Assembly: GCA_029907255.1 (NCBI GenBank)
Contig: JARYMF010000007.1
Coordinates: 37,896-101,895 of the forward strand
Reading direction: 5' to 3'
Source of the DNA: Armatimonadota bacterium
GTDB taxonomy: Bacteria; Armatimonadota; UBA5829; DTJY01
Length of the DNA: 64,000 bases
Shown: one piece after another, positions 53,308 to 62,664 of the stretch
Numbering within the stretch: position 1 is the stretch's first letter
Layout of the letters: the number at the start of each line of letters is the position of its first letter
Program-made: the position numbers and the translations under genes
The notes under the pieces: generated by a model
Seen by the model: only the letters and a program-made list of their open reading frames with translations
Told to the model about the DNA's origin: nothing
Database searches by the model: none

Positions 53308-54573
53308 ATGTCAGCAGATAAACTAGCAATCAATGGTGGAACGCCTGTTAGAACAGCTCCATTTCCACCATGGCCCTATTTTTGGGATGATATGAAAGCT
53401 GCTGTAAAGGAAGTTCTGGATAGCGGAAAAGTCAACTATTGGACAGGCTTTCGCGGAATGGAGTTCCAGAAGCGATATGCTGATTACTGCGGAGTTAAGC
53501 ATGCAATAATGTTGAATTCTGGCACGAGTGCACTGCATGTAGCATATGCCGCCGCAGGAATTGGCCCCGGAGACGAAGTCATAGTTCCATCTTATACCTT
53601 TATTGCCACTGCAGCTGCTGTTTTGCACCAGAATGCTATCCCGATTTTCGCTGATGTCGAGGAAAAGACGTGGAACATTGATCCAAAGTCGGTTGAAGCC
53701 CTCATTACTGAGCGCACGAAGGCTATTGTGCCAGTTCATCTTCATGGTCATCCGGCAGACATGGACGCAATTAATGCAATTGCCGCAAAGCACGGATTAG
53801 TGGTGATAGAGGATGCCGCTCAGGCACACGGCGCTGAGTATAAGGGGAAGAAAATAGGTTCTCTTGGAGATTTGGCAGCATTCAGCTTTTGCCAGGACAA
53901 AATTATAACAACCGGCGGCGAAGGCGGGGCGGTGACTACTGACAACGATGATTATGCTGAAATTGCGCGCAGTTTCAAAGACCATGGTTATTGGGAAGAA
54001 GAGCGTAAGGACCTTCTCCAGATGGAGGCACTCTATCCATATATCCACCATCGGATGGGATTTAACTACCGCATGACTGAAATGCAAACAGTTATTGGAA
54101 TGGCGGCCCTTGAGCGTCTTGATGAATGGGTTGAAAAGCGACGGGCTAATGCTCATTTCCTAACTAAGCGGTTGTTAGAGATTCCACAGGTCGAGCCGCC
54201 GTATGAGTCTCCGGATGTAAAGCATGCGTTCTATAAGTATGCTTTCAAGATAAAACCTGAGATGCTGAATTGCACGCGAGACGAGTTCATCCATGCCCTA
54301 CGTGCTGAAGGCATTCCGTGTGTTGCTGGTGTTCCACCGGAAAACTACAAAGAAGAAGTTTTCCTAAAAATGGTTGGTTATGGAAATACCAAATGCCCGT
54401 TTAAGTGCCCGTGGTATAAAGGCAATGTAGATTACAGCAAGGTTGACTGCCCAACTGCACGAAGGATTGGCATGCAGACCATTTGGTTGTTAGTACATCC
54501 AACGATAGATGAGCAATGTCTTGAAGACATGGCAACAGCTGTCGCTAAGGTTGCGACGGCTTATGCGAAGTAA
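53308..54573 (+). CDS. DegT/DnrJ/EryC1/StrS PLP aminotransferase
   Basis: NSGTSALH, IEDAAQAHGA and FSFCQDKIITTGGEGG motifs. Confidence 0.93.
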   Translation: MSADKLAINGGTPVRTAPFPPWPYFWDDMKAAVKEVLDSGKVNYWTGFRGMEFQKRYADYCGVKHAIMLNSGTSALHVAYAAAGIGPGDEVIVPSYTFIATAAAVLHQNAIPIFADVEEKTWNIDPKSVEALITERTKAIVPVHLHGHPADMDAINAIAAKHGLVVIEDAAQAHGAEYKGKKIGSLGDLAAFSFCQDKIITTGGEGGAVTTDNDDYAEIARSFKDHGYWEEERKDLLQMEALYPYIHHRMGFNYRMTEMQTVIGMAALERLDEWVEKRRANAHFLTKRLLEIPQVEPPYESPDVKHAFYKYAFKIKPEMLNCTRDEFIHALRAEGIPCVAGVPPENYKEEVFLKMVGYGNTKCPFKCPWYKGNVDYSKVDCPTARRIGMQTIWLLVHPTIDEQCLEDMATAVAKVATAYAK

Positions 54574-54587
54574 ATGGAGTTAAAAGA

Positions 54588-54615
54588 AGCGGGGGTTTAA
54601 CCCCCGCTATTTTTT
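54588..54615 (+). terminator. Intrinsic terminator after the aminotransferase gene
   Basis: AGCGGGGGT-TTA-ACCCCCGCT followed by ATTTTTT. Confidence 0.75.
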
Positions 54616-54661
54616 AAGCCGAAGCAAGCAAAAAATTTTAGTTGCTTTTCGGCTTGGGAGG

Positions 54662-55687
54662 TTGCCTGATATGGAAAGGAAACTTGGTGCTGCGGTATGG
54701 GGCGCCGGATGGGTATCTGGTGAACATATCAAAGCGTATAAGAACAATCCTCATTGCGAGGTAGTCGCCATTGGGAGCCGAAGGGCAGAGAGTGCGAAGG
54801 CAAAGGCGGCTGAGGCGAATGTTGAATGTACAATATACACCAACTATGATGAGCTACTGAAAGACAAGCGCGTGGATATTGTTTCTATCTGCACCCCAAA
54901 CGACCGCCATGCCATTGAGACAATCAAGGCGGCTGAAGCTGGCAAGCATATCCTTATCGAGAAGCCGGTTGCTCTGAATCTTGATGACTTAGTTAAGATG
55001 CGAGATGCTGTTCGAAAGGCCGGGGTGAAAACTGTCGTGAGTTTTGTTCTCCGATGGAATCCACTTTTTCAATGTATAAAGGGGTTGCAGAAGACTCCTG
55101 CGATTGGGCGCATCTTCTATGCTGAGGTGGATTATTGGCATCCTCTTGGCCGCTGGTATAAGGGATTTGATTGGGTAATTACCAAGGCGTCTGGCGGTAG
55201 CATGCTTTTAGCCGCAGGTTGTCATGCAGTTGATGCGATTAGGTATTTTGTTGAATCTGAGGTAGCGGAAGTAACAGCATATTCAAATAATATGGGGCCA
55301 TGCGAATATGATGCAAATATCGTTGTTGCCATGAAGTTCCAGAATGGTACAATTGGCAAGGTCTCAGCGAGTTGGGATGTCGCTTCGCCTTACATATTCA
55401 ACATTGAGCTATTGGGAGAGAATGGCACTATTCGAGACAACAAGCTTTTTTCAAAGGCACTCCTCCCTGGCCAAACAAAGTTTTTAGAGATTCCAACTAT
55501 TCTTCCCGACAGCGGTGACGTAACTCACCATCCGTTCCAGCCAGAAATTGACCATTTAGTTGAGTGCATTCTCACGGATAGGGAGTCTCACGTTAATCTA
55601 GACGATGCAGTAAAGACGCATGAAGTTTGCATAGCGGCTGATATCTCTGCGGCAGAAGGTCGTCCTGTTAAATTACCCCTGTTGTAA
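54662..55687 (+). CDS. Gfo/Idh/MocA oxidoreductase
   Basis: GAGWVS, ICTPN..H, GKHILIEKP and GCHAVD motifs. Confidence 0.92.
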   Translation: MPDMERKLGAAVWGAGWVSGEHIKAYKNNPHCEVVAIGSRRAESAKAKAAEANVECTIYTNYDELLKDKRVDIVSICTPNDRHAIETIKAAEAGKHILIEKPVALNLDDLVKMRDAVRKAGVKTVVSFVLRWNPLFQCIKGLQKTPAIGRIFYAEVDYWHPLGRWYKGFDWVITKASGGSMLLAAGCHAVDAIRYFVESEVAEVTAYSNNMGPCEYDANIVVAMKFQNGTIGKVSASWDVASPYIFNIELLGENGTIRDNKLFSKALLPGQTKFLEIPTILPDSGDVTHHPFQPEIDHLVECILTDRESHVNLDDAVKTHEVCIAADISAAEGRPVKLPLL

Positions 55688-56715
55688 TGGCCATGAAACA
55701 AGTATTCATTAATGGAGTTGGTGAAGTAGTTGTCAAAGAGGTTGAGGAACCGCCCCTCGTAGAAAATGGCATTTTGTGCCGAACAGCCTATTCTCTTATC
55801 AGCTCAGGAACGGAGACAATGGGTTTATTGGCACGGCGCAGGAACCCAGATCCAAATCGCTCCGACTCGAGTTTAGGATACTCGAATTCTGGCATTGTAG
55901 TTAGAGTCGGCTCGAACGTTACGGAGTTCTCTGTGGGGGACCGTGTCGGCAACTATGGAAGTCCCTCATGCTACGGCGGGCATGCTGAGGTTTGTTGTAT
56001 TGGCCGCAACCTTGCCGTAAAGCTTCCTGAAAACGTTGACCTTCGTGAGGCAGCGTTCACAGGTTTAGGGGGGATAGCTGTGCAAGCCTTGCGGCGGGCA
56101 AACTTAACTTTTGGCGAAACCGCCGTTGTGATGGGATTGGGGGTTCTTGGCCAGTTGATTGCCCGGATTAGCCATGCTGTGGGTTATCGAACCATGGCTA
56201 CAGATTTCATTAAAACTCGGCTGAGCATTGCGGAGTCAAATGGAATTCATGCGATAAACGCAAATGAAGATATTGTATCTGCGGTTATGGATTCAACGAA
56301 TGGGCAGGGGGCAGATGCCGTTTTAATTGTTGTAGCCTCCGAGTCTTCGGAGCCAATAACTCAAGCGCTTAAAATGATACGCTTTGGCGGCCGCATTGTC
56401 ATGGTTGGCGTGGCAAAGATGGAAATTGACCGCAATCTCTTCTTTGCAAAAGAGGCAGATTTTGTTATTTCACGTGCTGCTGGTCCAGGCAGATACGATC
56501 CAGTTTATGAACGTGATGGTGTGGACATGCCGTATCCATTTGTTAGATGGACCGAAGGAAGGAACCTCGGTGAGTTTATTCGCCTGGTGGCGGAGAAGCG
56601 CGTTCGAGTAGATGACCTCATTAGCCATGAATTTCCTGTTGAAGATGCGGCAAAAGCTTATGACCAGGTATTGAACCACCCGCAGGAAACGCTTGCGGTT
56701 TTGTTGAAGTATTAG
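55687..56715 (+). CDS. Medium-chain (zinc-type) dehydrogenase
   Basis: SLISSGTE, LGYS..G, GLGVLG, GPGRYDP and RWTEGRN motifs. Confidence 0.88.
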   Translation: MAMKQVFINGVGEVVVKEVEEPPLVENGILCRTAYSLISSGTETMGLLARRRNPDPNRSDSSLGYSNSGIVVRVGSNVTEFSVGDRVGNYGSPSCYGGHAEVCCIGRNLAVKLPENVDLREAAFTGLGGIAVQALRRANLTFGETAVVMGLGVLGQLIARISHAVGYRTMATDFIKTRLSIAESNGIHAINANEDIVSAVMDSTNGQGADAVLIVVASESSEPITQALKMIRFGGRIVMVGVAKMEIDRNLFFAKEADFVISRAAGPGRYDPVYERDGVDMPYPFVRWTEGRNLGEFIRLVAEKRVRVDDLISHEFPVEDAAKAYDQVLNHPQETLAVLLKY

Positions 56716-56717
56716 CA

Positions 56718-59264
56718 ATGTCAAGTAAAGTAAGGCAATTTCTTCTCCTCTTAAGCCAGAATGTGAAAAATCGAATATTGCTGGCGTTTGATTCTTGTCT
56801 AGTGAAAGATTTGTCGTTTATCAAGAAACTCTCGGTCGTACTGCTGTTGTGCTTTGCGATTGAGATTGCATACGCGAAGGCTGATAAGAAGGACCAGATT
56901 GTCCTAACTGTTCATCGTCTTCCACTCAAAGAAGCTAGAAGTGTTCCGGATAAAGCAAACTGGGCTATTGTCCAGCGCTTCATGGAGCTTCACCCAAATA
57001 TCAAGCTTGAGGGTTTCCGTGGGCTTACTGCGCCTGGACTCGATATGGAGGTCGGTCCTCTTCTTGCGATGGCAGGTGGGGTCGCTCCAGATGTACTCTA
57101 CGTCAATTTCCGTATCTCCGACAGCTACATCCAGCAAAAGTTCCTCTATCCTCTCGACGAGTATGTTGAAAAATGGGCGAAAGAGGAGAATTTGGATGAG
57201 TTAATTTACCCTCCTGTTTGGCAAGTAATCAAACGCAATGGTCACATCTGGGCGATTCCTTATCAGACTTATGTGATGACTCTACAATATCGCAAAGATT
57301 TGTTCCGCGAAGCTGGCCTTGACCCAGAAAGACCTCCCAGGAATTGGGATGAACTTTTTGAGTATGCTAAGAAGCTAACAATCCCTGAGAAAGGCCAATA
57401 TGGTATGGCGCTTTTTGCAGGTCCCCATTCGGCTTGGTGGTTTATAGATCTCCTATGGTCGGCAGGCGGTGAGGCAGTAGCCCAAGACGAAAACGGAAAT
57501 TGGCGTGCTGTTTTTAACGATGAGGCGGCAGTTACTGCTCTGAAGTTTTACCAGAAGCTCGGACGTGCTCGGTGGACAAGAAATGGCAAAACTTACCGCG
57601 GTGTGGCTTATCGCGATACAGATTACGGCAAACTTTGGCAGTTGGGCAAGATAGGTATGGTCTTCGGCTATATAAATGACCAAATGATTGCCAATGTCAA
57701 TCCAAATCTGATTGGCATTGCGCCGGTTCCCGTCGGTCCCACTGGTAAGCGCGGAAACGAGCTTAATTGCGCTATGATGGGTATCAACGCAACGGTCAAG
57801 GATAAGCGGGTGCGCGACGCCGCTTGGGAGTATATTAAGTTTTGGGCAAGCGATGAGGCAGCTCGAATAAGATGCAAAGTCTATGTTGAGTCGGGCTTTG
57901 CTCGGTTTATTGCACCTAAATATCTGAAGAAATACGGCTATACTCAATATCTTAAAGAGGTGCCGAAGGGCTGGTCAGAAACCCTTGAAGAGGCACTTCG
58001 CTCAGGGCGGCCTGAGCCGTATGGGCGTAACTGCGAGAACATCTATCAGGAGATGACACCGCCTCTTGATGCTGTATGGTTAAGCGACCGCACAGACTAT
58101 AAGAGGCTGCTCGATAATGCTGTTGCCCACTGCAATGAAAAGTTAATGGGTGTAGTTGACCCCAAAATACTAACAGTTAGGCGTCGTGTTGCATGGGTGG
58201 TTGTTATTGCTCTTTTTATTATCTTTTCGCTAGTGTTTCGCTTTGTAATTAAAAGCTTCAGCAAGGATTATGAATCCCCACACAAAATACCCGCAAAAGG
58301 GAAAAAGTCTCGTTGGGTGAAGTACAAGCGAACTGCTTTTGCGTTTTTGTTAATGTCTCCTGCCCTAATCTCAGTTGCACTGTGGGCATACTACCCTCTA
58401 CTTCGCGGCTCAGTGATGGCATTTCAAGATTATCGAATAGTGGCTGGCACTAGGTGGGTCGGACTAGATAATTTTAGCGAGGTCTTATTCACGCCGCAGG
58501 TATGGAAATCATTTTGGAACAGCTTTGTATTTATGCTTCTTTCCCTGGGCCTTGGATTCTTTAGCCCAATTGTTTTAGCACTAATGCTTCACGAAGTACC
58601 AAAAGGCAAGATGCTCTTCCGAACGCTGTATTACCTGCCCGCGGTAACAACAGGTCTTGTGATTATGTTTTTATGGAAATTCTTTTACAATCCAAGTCCA
58701 GCTGGGTTGCTAAACCAGCTTTTGCTTAATATAAACGACTACGTCATAAAACATCTGAACTCTGCTATGGCGATTATGCATATCCCTGCCAGAATCCCAT
58801 TGTTCGAACCGTTGACTTGGTTGCAAGATCCAAGGCTCGCAATGTTGTGTGTTGTACTCCCGATTATATGGGCGCATGTCGGGCCAGGGTGCATCATTTA
58901 TCTTGCCGCGTTGAAAAGCGTGCCTGAAGACGTATATGAAGCTGCTGACCTCGATGGAGCAGGGGTGCTCCAAAAAATTAGGCATATCACAATCCCATAT
59001 TTAAGGCCATTGATTATTATCAACTTTGTTGGTGCGTTTATACACGCATTTCGGTCATTCGATTTCATATTTGTAATGACAGGCGGCGGCCCAATGCATG
59101 CTACACATGTCGCTGGGCTAGAAATTTGGTATAACGCTTTTCTTTACCTAAAATTCGGATACGCAGTTGCAATGGCTTGGCTGATGGGATCATTTCTTGT
59201 AGGGTTTACGGTTTTTCAGTTGAGAATTCTTTCGCGTCTCCAATTCAAGACCGCAGGCGCATGA
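56718..59264 (+). CDS. Sugar ABC transporter: solute-binding protein fused to permease (start uncertain)
   Basis: AGGVAPD and YRKDLFREAGLDPE SBP domain, then WVGLDNF and EAA loop VYEAADLDGAG. Confidence 0.88.
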   Translation: MSSKVRQFLLLLSQNVKNRILLAFDSCLVKDLSFIKKLSVVLLLCFAIEIAYAKADKKDQIVLTVHRLPLKEARSVPDKANWAIVQRFMELHPNIKLEGFRGLTAPGLDMEVGPLLAMAGGVAPDVLYVNFRISDSYIQQKFLYPLDEYVEKWAKEENLDELIYPPVWQVIKRNGHIWAIPYQTYVMTLQYRKDLFREAGLDPERPPRNWDELFEYAKKLTIPEKGQYGMALFAGPHSAWWFIDLLWSAGGEAVAQDENGNWRAVFNDEAAVTALKFYQKLGRARWTRNGKTYRGVAYRDTDYGKLWQLGKIGMVFGYINDQMIANVNPNLIGIAPVPVGPTGKRGNELNCAMMGINATVKDKRVRDAAWEYIKFWASDEAARIRCKVYVESGFARFIAPKYLKKYGYTQYLKEVPKGWSETLEEALRSGRPEPYGRNCENIYQEMTPPLDAVWLSDRTDYKRLLDNAVAHCNEKLMGVVDPKILTVRRRVAWVVVIALFIIFSLVFRFVIKSFSKDYESPHKIPAKGKKSRWVKYKRTAFAFLLMSPALISVALWAYYPLLRGSVMAFQDYRIVAGTRWVGLDNFSEVLFTPQVWKSFWNSFVFMLLSLGLGFFSPIVLALMLHEVPKGKMLFRTLYYLPAVTTGLVIMFLWKFFYNPSPAGLLNQLLLNINDYVIKHLNSAMAIMHIPARIPLFEPLTWLQDPRLAMLCVVLPIIWAHVGPGCIIYLAALKSVPEDVYEAADLDGAGVLQKIRHITIPYLRPLIIINFVGAFIHAFRSFDFIFVMTGGGPMHATHVAGLEIWYNAFLYLKFGYAVAMAWLMGSFLVGFTVFQLRILSRLQFKTAGA

Positions 59265-59336
59265 GAAATATTCGTTGTTATTTGCTAATTGGCAATCATT
59301 CAGTTTAGCAACTGATGTTAGTAGAGGCTCTTCCAT

Positions 59337-61190
59337 ATGCCTATCATCACTGTTGTTGGTAGAAAACAGAGAAAGATTCGCATACTTATAGCCGCACTTT
59401 ATATAATACTCTCGGCTGGAGCGGTAACGATGGTCTACCCTTTCTTGCTGATGGTTTCGACTTCGTTTACTAGCCCAGTCGACCAAAACCAATTTCGAAT
59501 TATTCCGCGCTATTTTTATTCAGATGATGAGCTCTACCGCAAATATGTCGAAGCGAAGTATGGCGAGGAAATCGTTAAATATAACGCTTGGCTTGGCGAA
59601 GACCTTTCAACATTCGAGGAACTTCAGCCACCTAAGAGTGTAAACCGCCAGTTTGTGGAAGAATGGCGGCAATTTAAGGACTCACTCCCAATTGACCATA
59701 TGATGCTTGCCCACTCGTTTTCGCTTTCCAGAATAACGCCCGAGATAGTCTATAAATACAGAAACTTCTTGAAAGAAAAGTTTCATGGTGATTTGGAAAA
59801 GCTCAATAAAACCTATATCGAGGCAAACGAGACTTGGATGGAAGTTCAGATGCCTGTCGAGGATTGGACTCAGCGCAATTTTATACCAGAGCAAACCAAA
59901 AAATATTGGGAGTTTTTGAAATTTAAAAAGTCACAAGAGCCACGTTATTTAATTACGGTATCGGTCGACGGTCTTTTCCAAGAACACCTGAGGTTGAGCT
60001 GTGGTGATATAAATACCATCAACAAAGCGCTTGGCAGCCATTATAAAAAGCGCGCGGATATCCATCTAACTGCTCGGGTTCCAAACTCACCCATGGCGGA
60101 CGAATGGGAAAGCTTTGTCAGAAAAGAATGTCCTGTCCATTTTATCCGAATGGATGCCGAGGCTACGCCGCTATTCCAAAGTTTTTTAAGGAAAAAATAT
60201 GGAACAATTGCTTATCTTAGTAAAGCATACAGAACCAATTTGAGTTCGTTTGGACAGGTAAGTCTTCCTCAGAAGCCGCCCAAGAGCGGCATGCTGCTGG
60301 TAGACTGGATTGAGTTCCTCCAGAGTGCTGTTCCAATCAAGATGGTGGAACTTCAGTCGCCAGAGGTGCTTTTTAGAACTCACCTAGCTCGTAAGTTTGG
60401 GACAATCGAAAAGATGAATCAGGCACTGGGCACTAGGTTTGCTTCTTTCCAAGCTGTTGCGCCACCCTATGCTGAAAACGACTTTGTTGAGCTTTTAGAA
60501 AACACAGGTGCAATTCGCCGCGAATTCATCGTCCGCAACTATCGTGAGGTTATTGATTATATAGCGCTTCATGGTAGGGCTCTCATTAATACGGCAATTC
60601 TGTGCATTGCATTAGTGCTAACAACTTTGACCGTCAATCCGCTCTGCGCCTATGCACTTTCGCGTTTTAACCTCAAATCTACATACAAAATTTTGCTTTT
60701 CTTGCTGGCTACAATGGCGTTCCCAGCAGAGGTTAGTGCAATCCCGAGCTTCCTGCTTATCAAGGAGCTTCACCTGCTGGGCACCTATTGGGCGATAATA
60801 TTGCCTGGCTTGGCAAATGGATACTCGATTTTCTTGCTCAAGGGATTTTTTGATAGTTTGCCAAAGGAACTTTATGAAGCCGCTGTGATGGATGGGGCTA
60901 CTGAGATGCAAATGTATCGAAAAATTACCTTGCAGCTGTCAAAGCCAGTACTGGCGGTGATAGCTCTCGGAGCATTCACAGCCGCATACGGTTCGTTTAT
61001 GTGGGCTTTCCTCGTATTGCAAAATCCCAAAATGTGGACACTGATGGTTTGGCTATATCAAATGCAGATTTGGGCGCCTCAGTTTTTGGTCTATGCGGGG
61101 CTGGTGCTGGCCGCAATCCCGACATTACTCGTTTTCATTTTCTGCCAAAATATAATAATGAGGGGAATAATTGTTCCTTCCGAGAAATAA
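59337..61190 (+). CDS. Sugar ABC permease (MalG-like) with large repeat-containing extracytoplasmic insert
   Basis: MVYPFLLMVS TM1, about 350-aa insert, AYALSR, FFDSLPKELYEAAVMDGA and FIFCQ. Confidence 0.88.
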   Translation: MPIITVVGRKQRKIRILIAALYIILSAGAVTMVYPFLLMVSTSFTSPVDQNQFRIIPRYFYSDDELYRKYVEAKYGEEIVKYNAWLGEDLSTFEELQPPKSVNRQFVEEWRQFKDSLPIDHMMLAHSFSLSRITPEIVYKYRNFLKEKFHGDLEKLNKTYIEANETWMEVQMPVEDWTQRNFIPEQTKKYWEFLKFKKSQEPRYLITVSVDGLFQEHLRLSCGDINTINKALGSHYKKRADIHLTARVPNSPMADEWESFVRKECPVHFIRMDAEATPLFQSFLRKKYGTIAYLSKAYRTNLSSFGQVSLPQKPPKSGMLLVDWIEFLQSAVPIKMVELQSPEVLFRTHLARKFGTIEKMNQALGTRFASFQAVAPPYAENDFVELLENTGAIRREFIVRNYREVIDYIALHGRALINTAILCIALVLTTLTVNPLCAYALSRFNLKSTYKILLFLLATMAFPAEVSAIPSFLLIKELHLLGTYWAIILPGLANGYSIFLLKGFFDSLPKELYEAAVMDGATEMQMYRKITLQLSKPVLAVIALGAFTAAYGSFMWAFLVLQNPKMWTLMVWLYQMQIWAPQFLVYAGLVLAAIPTLLVFIFCQNIIMRGIIVPSEK

Positions 61191-61237
61191 TATGATAAGC
61201 CTTGATTGTTTAATTTACTTGTATTTAGAGAGCTATT

Positions 61238-62254
61238 ATGCCTTTTAAACTACGCACTGGCAAGCTGCCACATAACCTACTCGCAAAGATGTTGTCTAAG
61301 ATTGACCTAGATGAACGGGTTGTCGTTGGTCCGGCGGTTGGAGTAGATGCGGCAGTAATTGATTACGGCAACCGATTGCTTGTAACAAAGACCGACCCAA
61401 TTACCTTCGCCACTGATTTAATTGGTTGGTATGCGGTAAATATCAATGCAAACGACATCGCAGTGATGGGCGCTATACCAAAGTGGATGTTGGCGACCGT
61501 CCTTCTTCCCGTAGGTGTTTCATCGGAGACTGTAGAGCAAATTTTTAATCAAATACTTTCGGCGTGTGAAGAATTGCAGATAAGTGTTATTGGGGGTCAC
61601 ACCGAGATAACACATGACCTTAGTCGCCCAATCGTCGTAGGTTGCATGCTAGGTGAAACTGACCGATCAAGTTTAGTTACTAGCTCGGGTGCCAAAGTAG
61701 GTGATGACATAATAATCACAAAAGGTATTGCAATCGAAGGAACGGCAATTTTAGCACGCGAAGCATACGACCGACTTAGGGAGATGTGGTTTACTAAACA
61801 GTTTCTGAAACGAGCTGCCAACTTTCTTTTTGACCCAGGTATTAGCGTGGTGAAAGACGCGAGGATTGCAGTAGAATCGGTCAAGGTGAACGCAATGCAT
61901 GACCCGACGGAAGGAGGACTTGCTACTGGTTTGATGGAGATAGCACAAGCGTCGGGACTCGGAATCGAAATCGAAAAAGATGCCATTCCAGTGATACCCG
62001 AAACGCAAAGCCTTTGTCGCGAATTGGGTCTCGACCCGCTTGGTTTGATTGCGTCTGGCTGTCTAATCCTTACAGTTTCTCCTTCCGATACTCCGCGTCT
62101 TCTCGATGCCTTTGGACAGGCGGGAATACGAGCCAATGTGATTGGGAAAATGATGCCAAAAGAACACGGCTTAAAAATGCGTACTCCCAGCGGCGTTGTT
62201 GATTTGCCTTCATTTGCAAGAGATGAAATAGCTCGATTTTTCGAGGAGATGTGA
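61238..62254 (+). CDS. AIR synthase-related (HypE/ThiL superfamily) protein
   Basis: GVDAAVI, TDPITFA, NANDIA, GGHTE and MHDPTEGG motifs. Confidence 0.88.
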   Translation: MPFKLRTGKLPHNLLAKMLSKIDLDERVVVGPAVGVDAAVIDYGNRLLVTKTDPITFATDLIGWYAVNINANDIAVMGAIPKWMLATVLLPVGVSSETVEQIFNQILSACEELQISVIGGHTEITHDLSRPIVVGCMLGETDRSSLVTSSGAKVGDDIIITKGIAIEGTAILAREAYDRLREMWFTKQFLKRAANFLFDPGISVVKDARIAVESVKVNAMHDPTEGGLATGLMEIAQASGLGIEIEKDAIPVIPETQSLCRELGLDPLGLIASGCLILTVSPSDTPRLLDAFGQAGIRANVIGKMMPKEHGLKMRTPSGVVDLPSFARDEIARFFEEM

Positions 62255-62357
62255 AAATCTATTTAAAGCCACGGTGTTCTTCAATTCTTGCATGCAACCT
62301 CTGGAAGTCGCAAATGTTGCCTTCCTTTTTGGCCAAAAAGACTGCGCAATTGCTTAA

Positions 62358-62552
62358 TTACTTGTATATTTGCGCAAATCTTTTGAACGAACGGTCCCAA
62401 GTCTTTTCGACGTCATCCGGGAATGCGCAAGCCGGGAGCTGGTTATTGCTTAGGTGATAGCGCAGGCACTCACAGCAATTTCCTTTTCGTGAACAACTTG
62501 GGTAGCTACAATTGCAGAATTCAAGGTTGGTACTCATTTTGGGGCAAGACAT
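62358..62552 (-). CDS. Small Cys-rich protein (DUF6485-like)
   Basis: CNCSYPSCSRKGNCCECLRYH...LPACAF; GGAGG SD upstream. Confidence 0.75.
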   Translation of the reverse strand: MSCPKMSTNLEFCNCSYPSCSRKGNCCECLRYHLSNNQLPACAFPDDVEKTWDRSFKRFAQIYK

Positions 62553-62664
62553 ATTATAAAAACCTCCTAATTCGATATTGGCAGGCTAATTCTACCAAAA
62601 GGTTGCCCAATGTACAATATTCCTTCCGCTTTCTTCAAAGGTTATTCTTCTGGGAATGGTGTTT

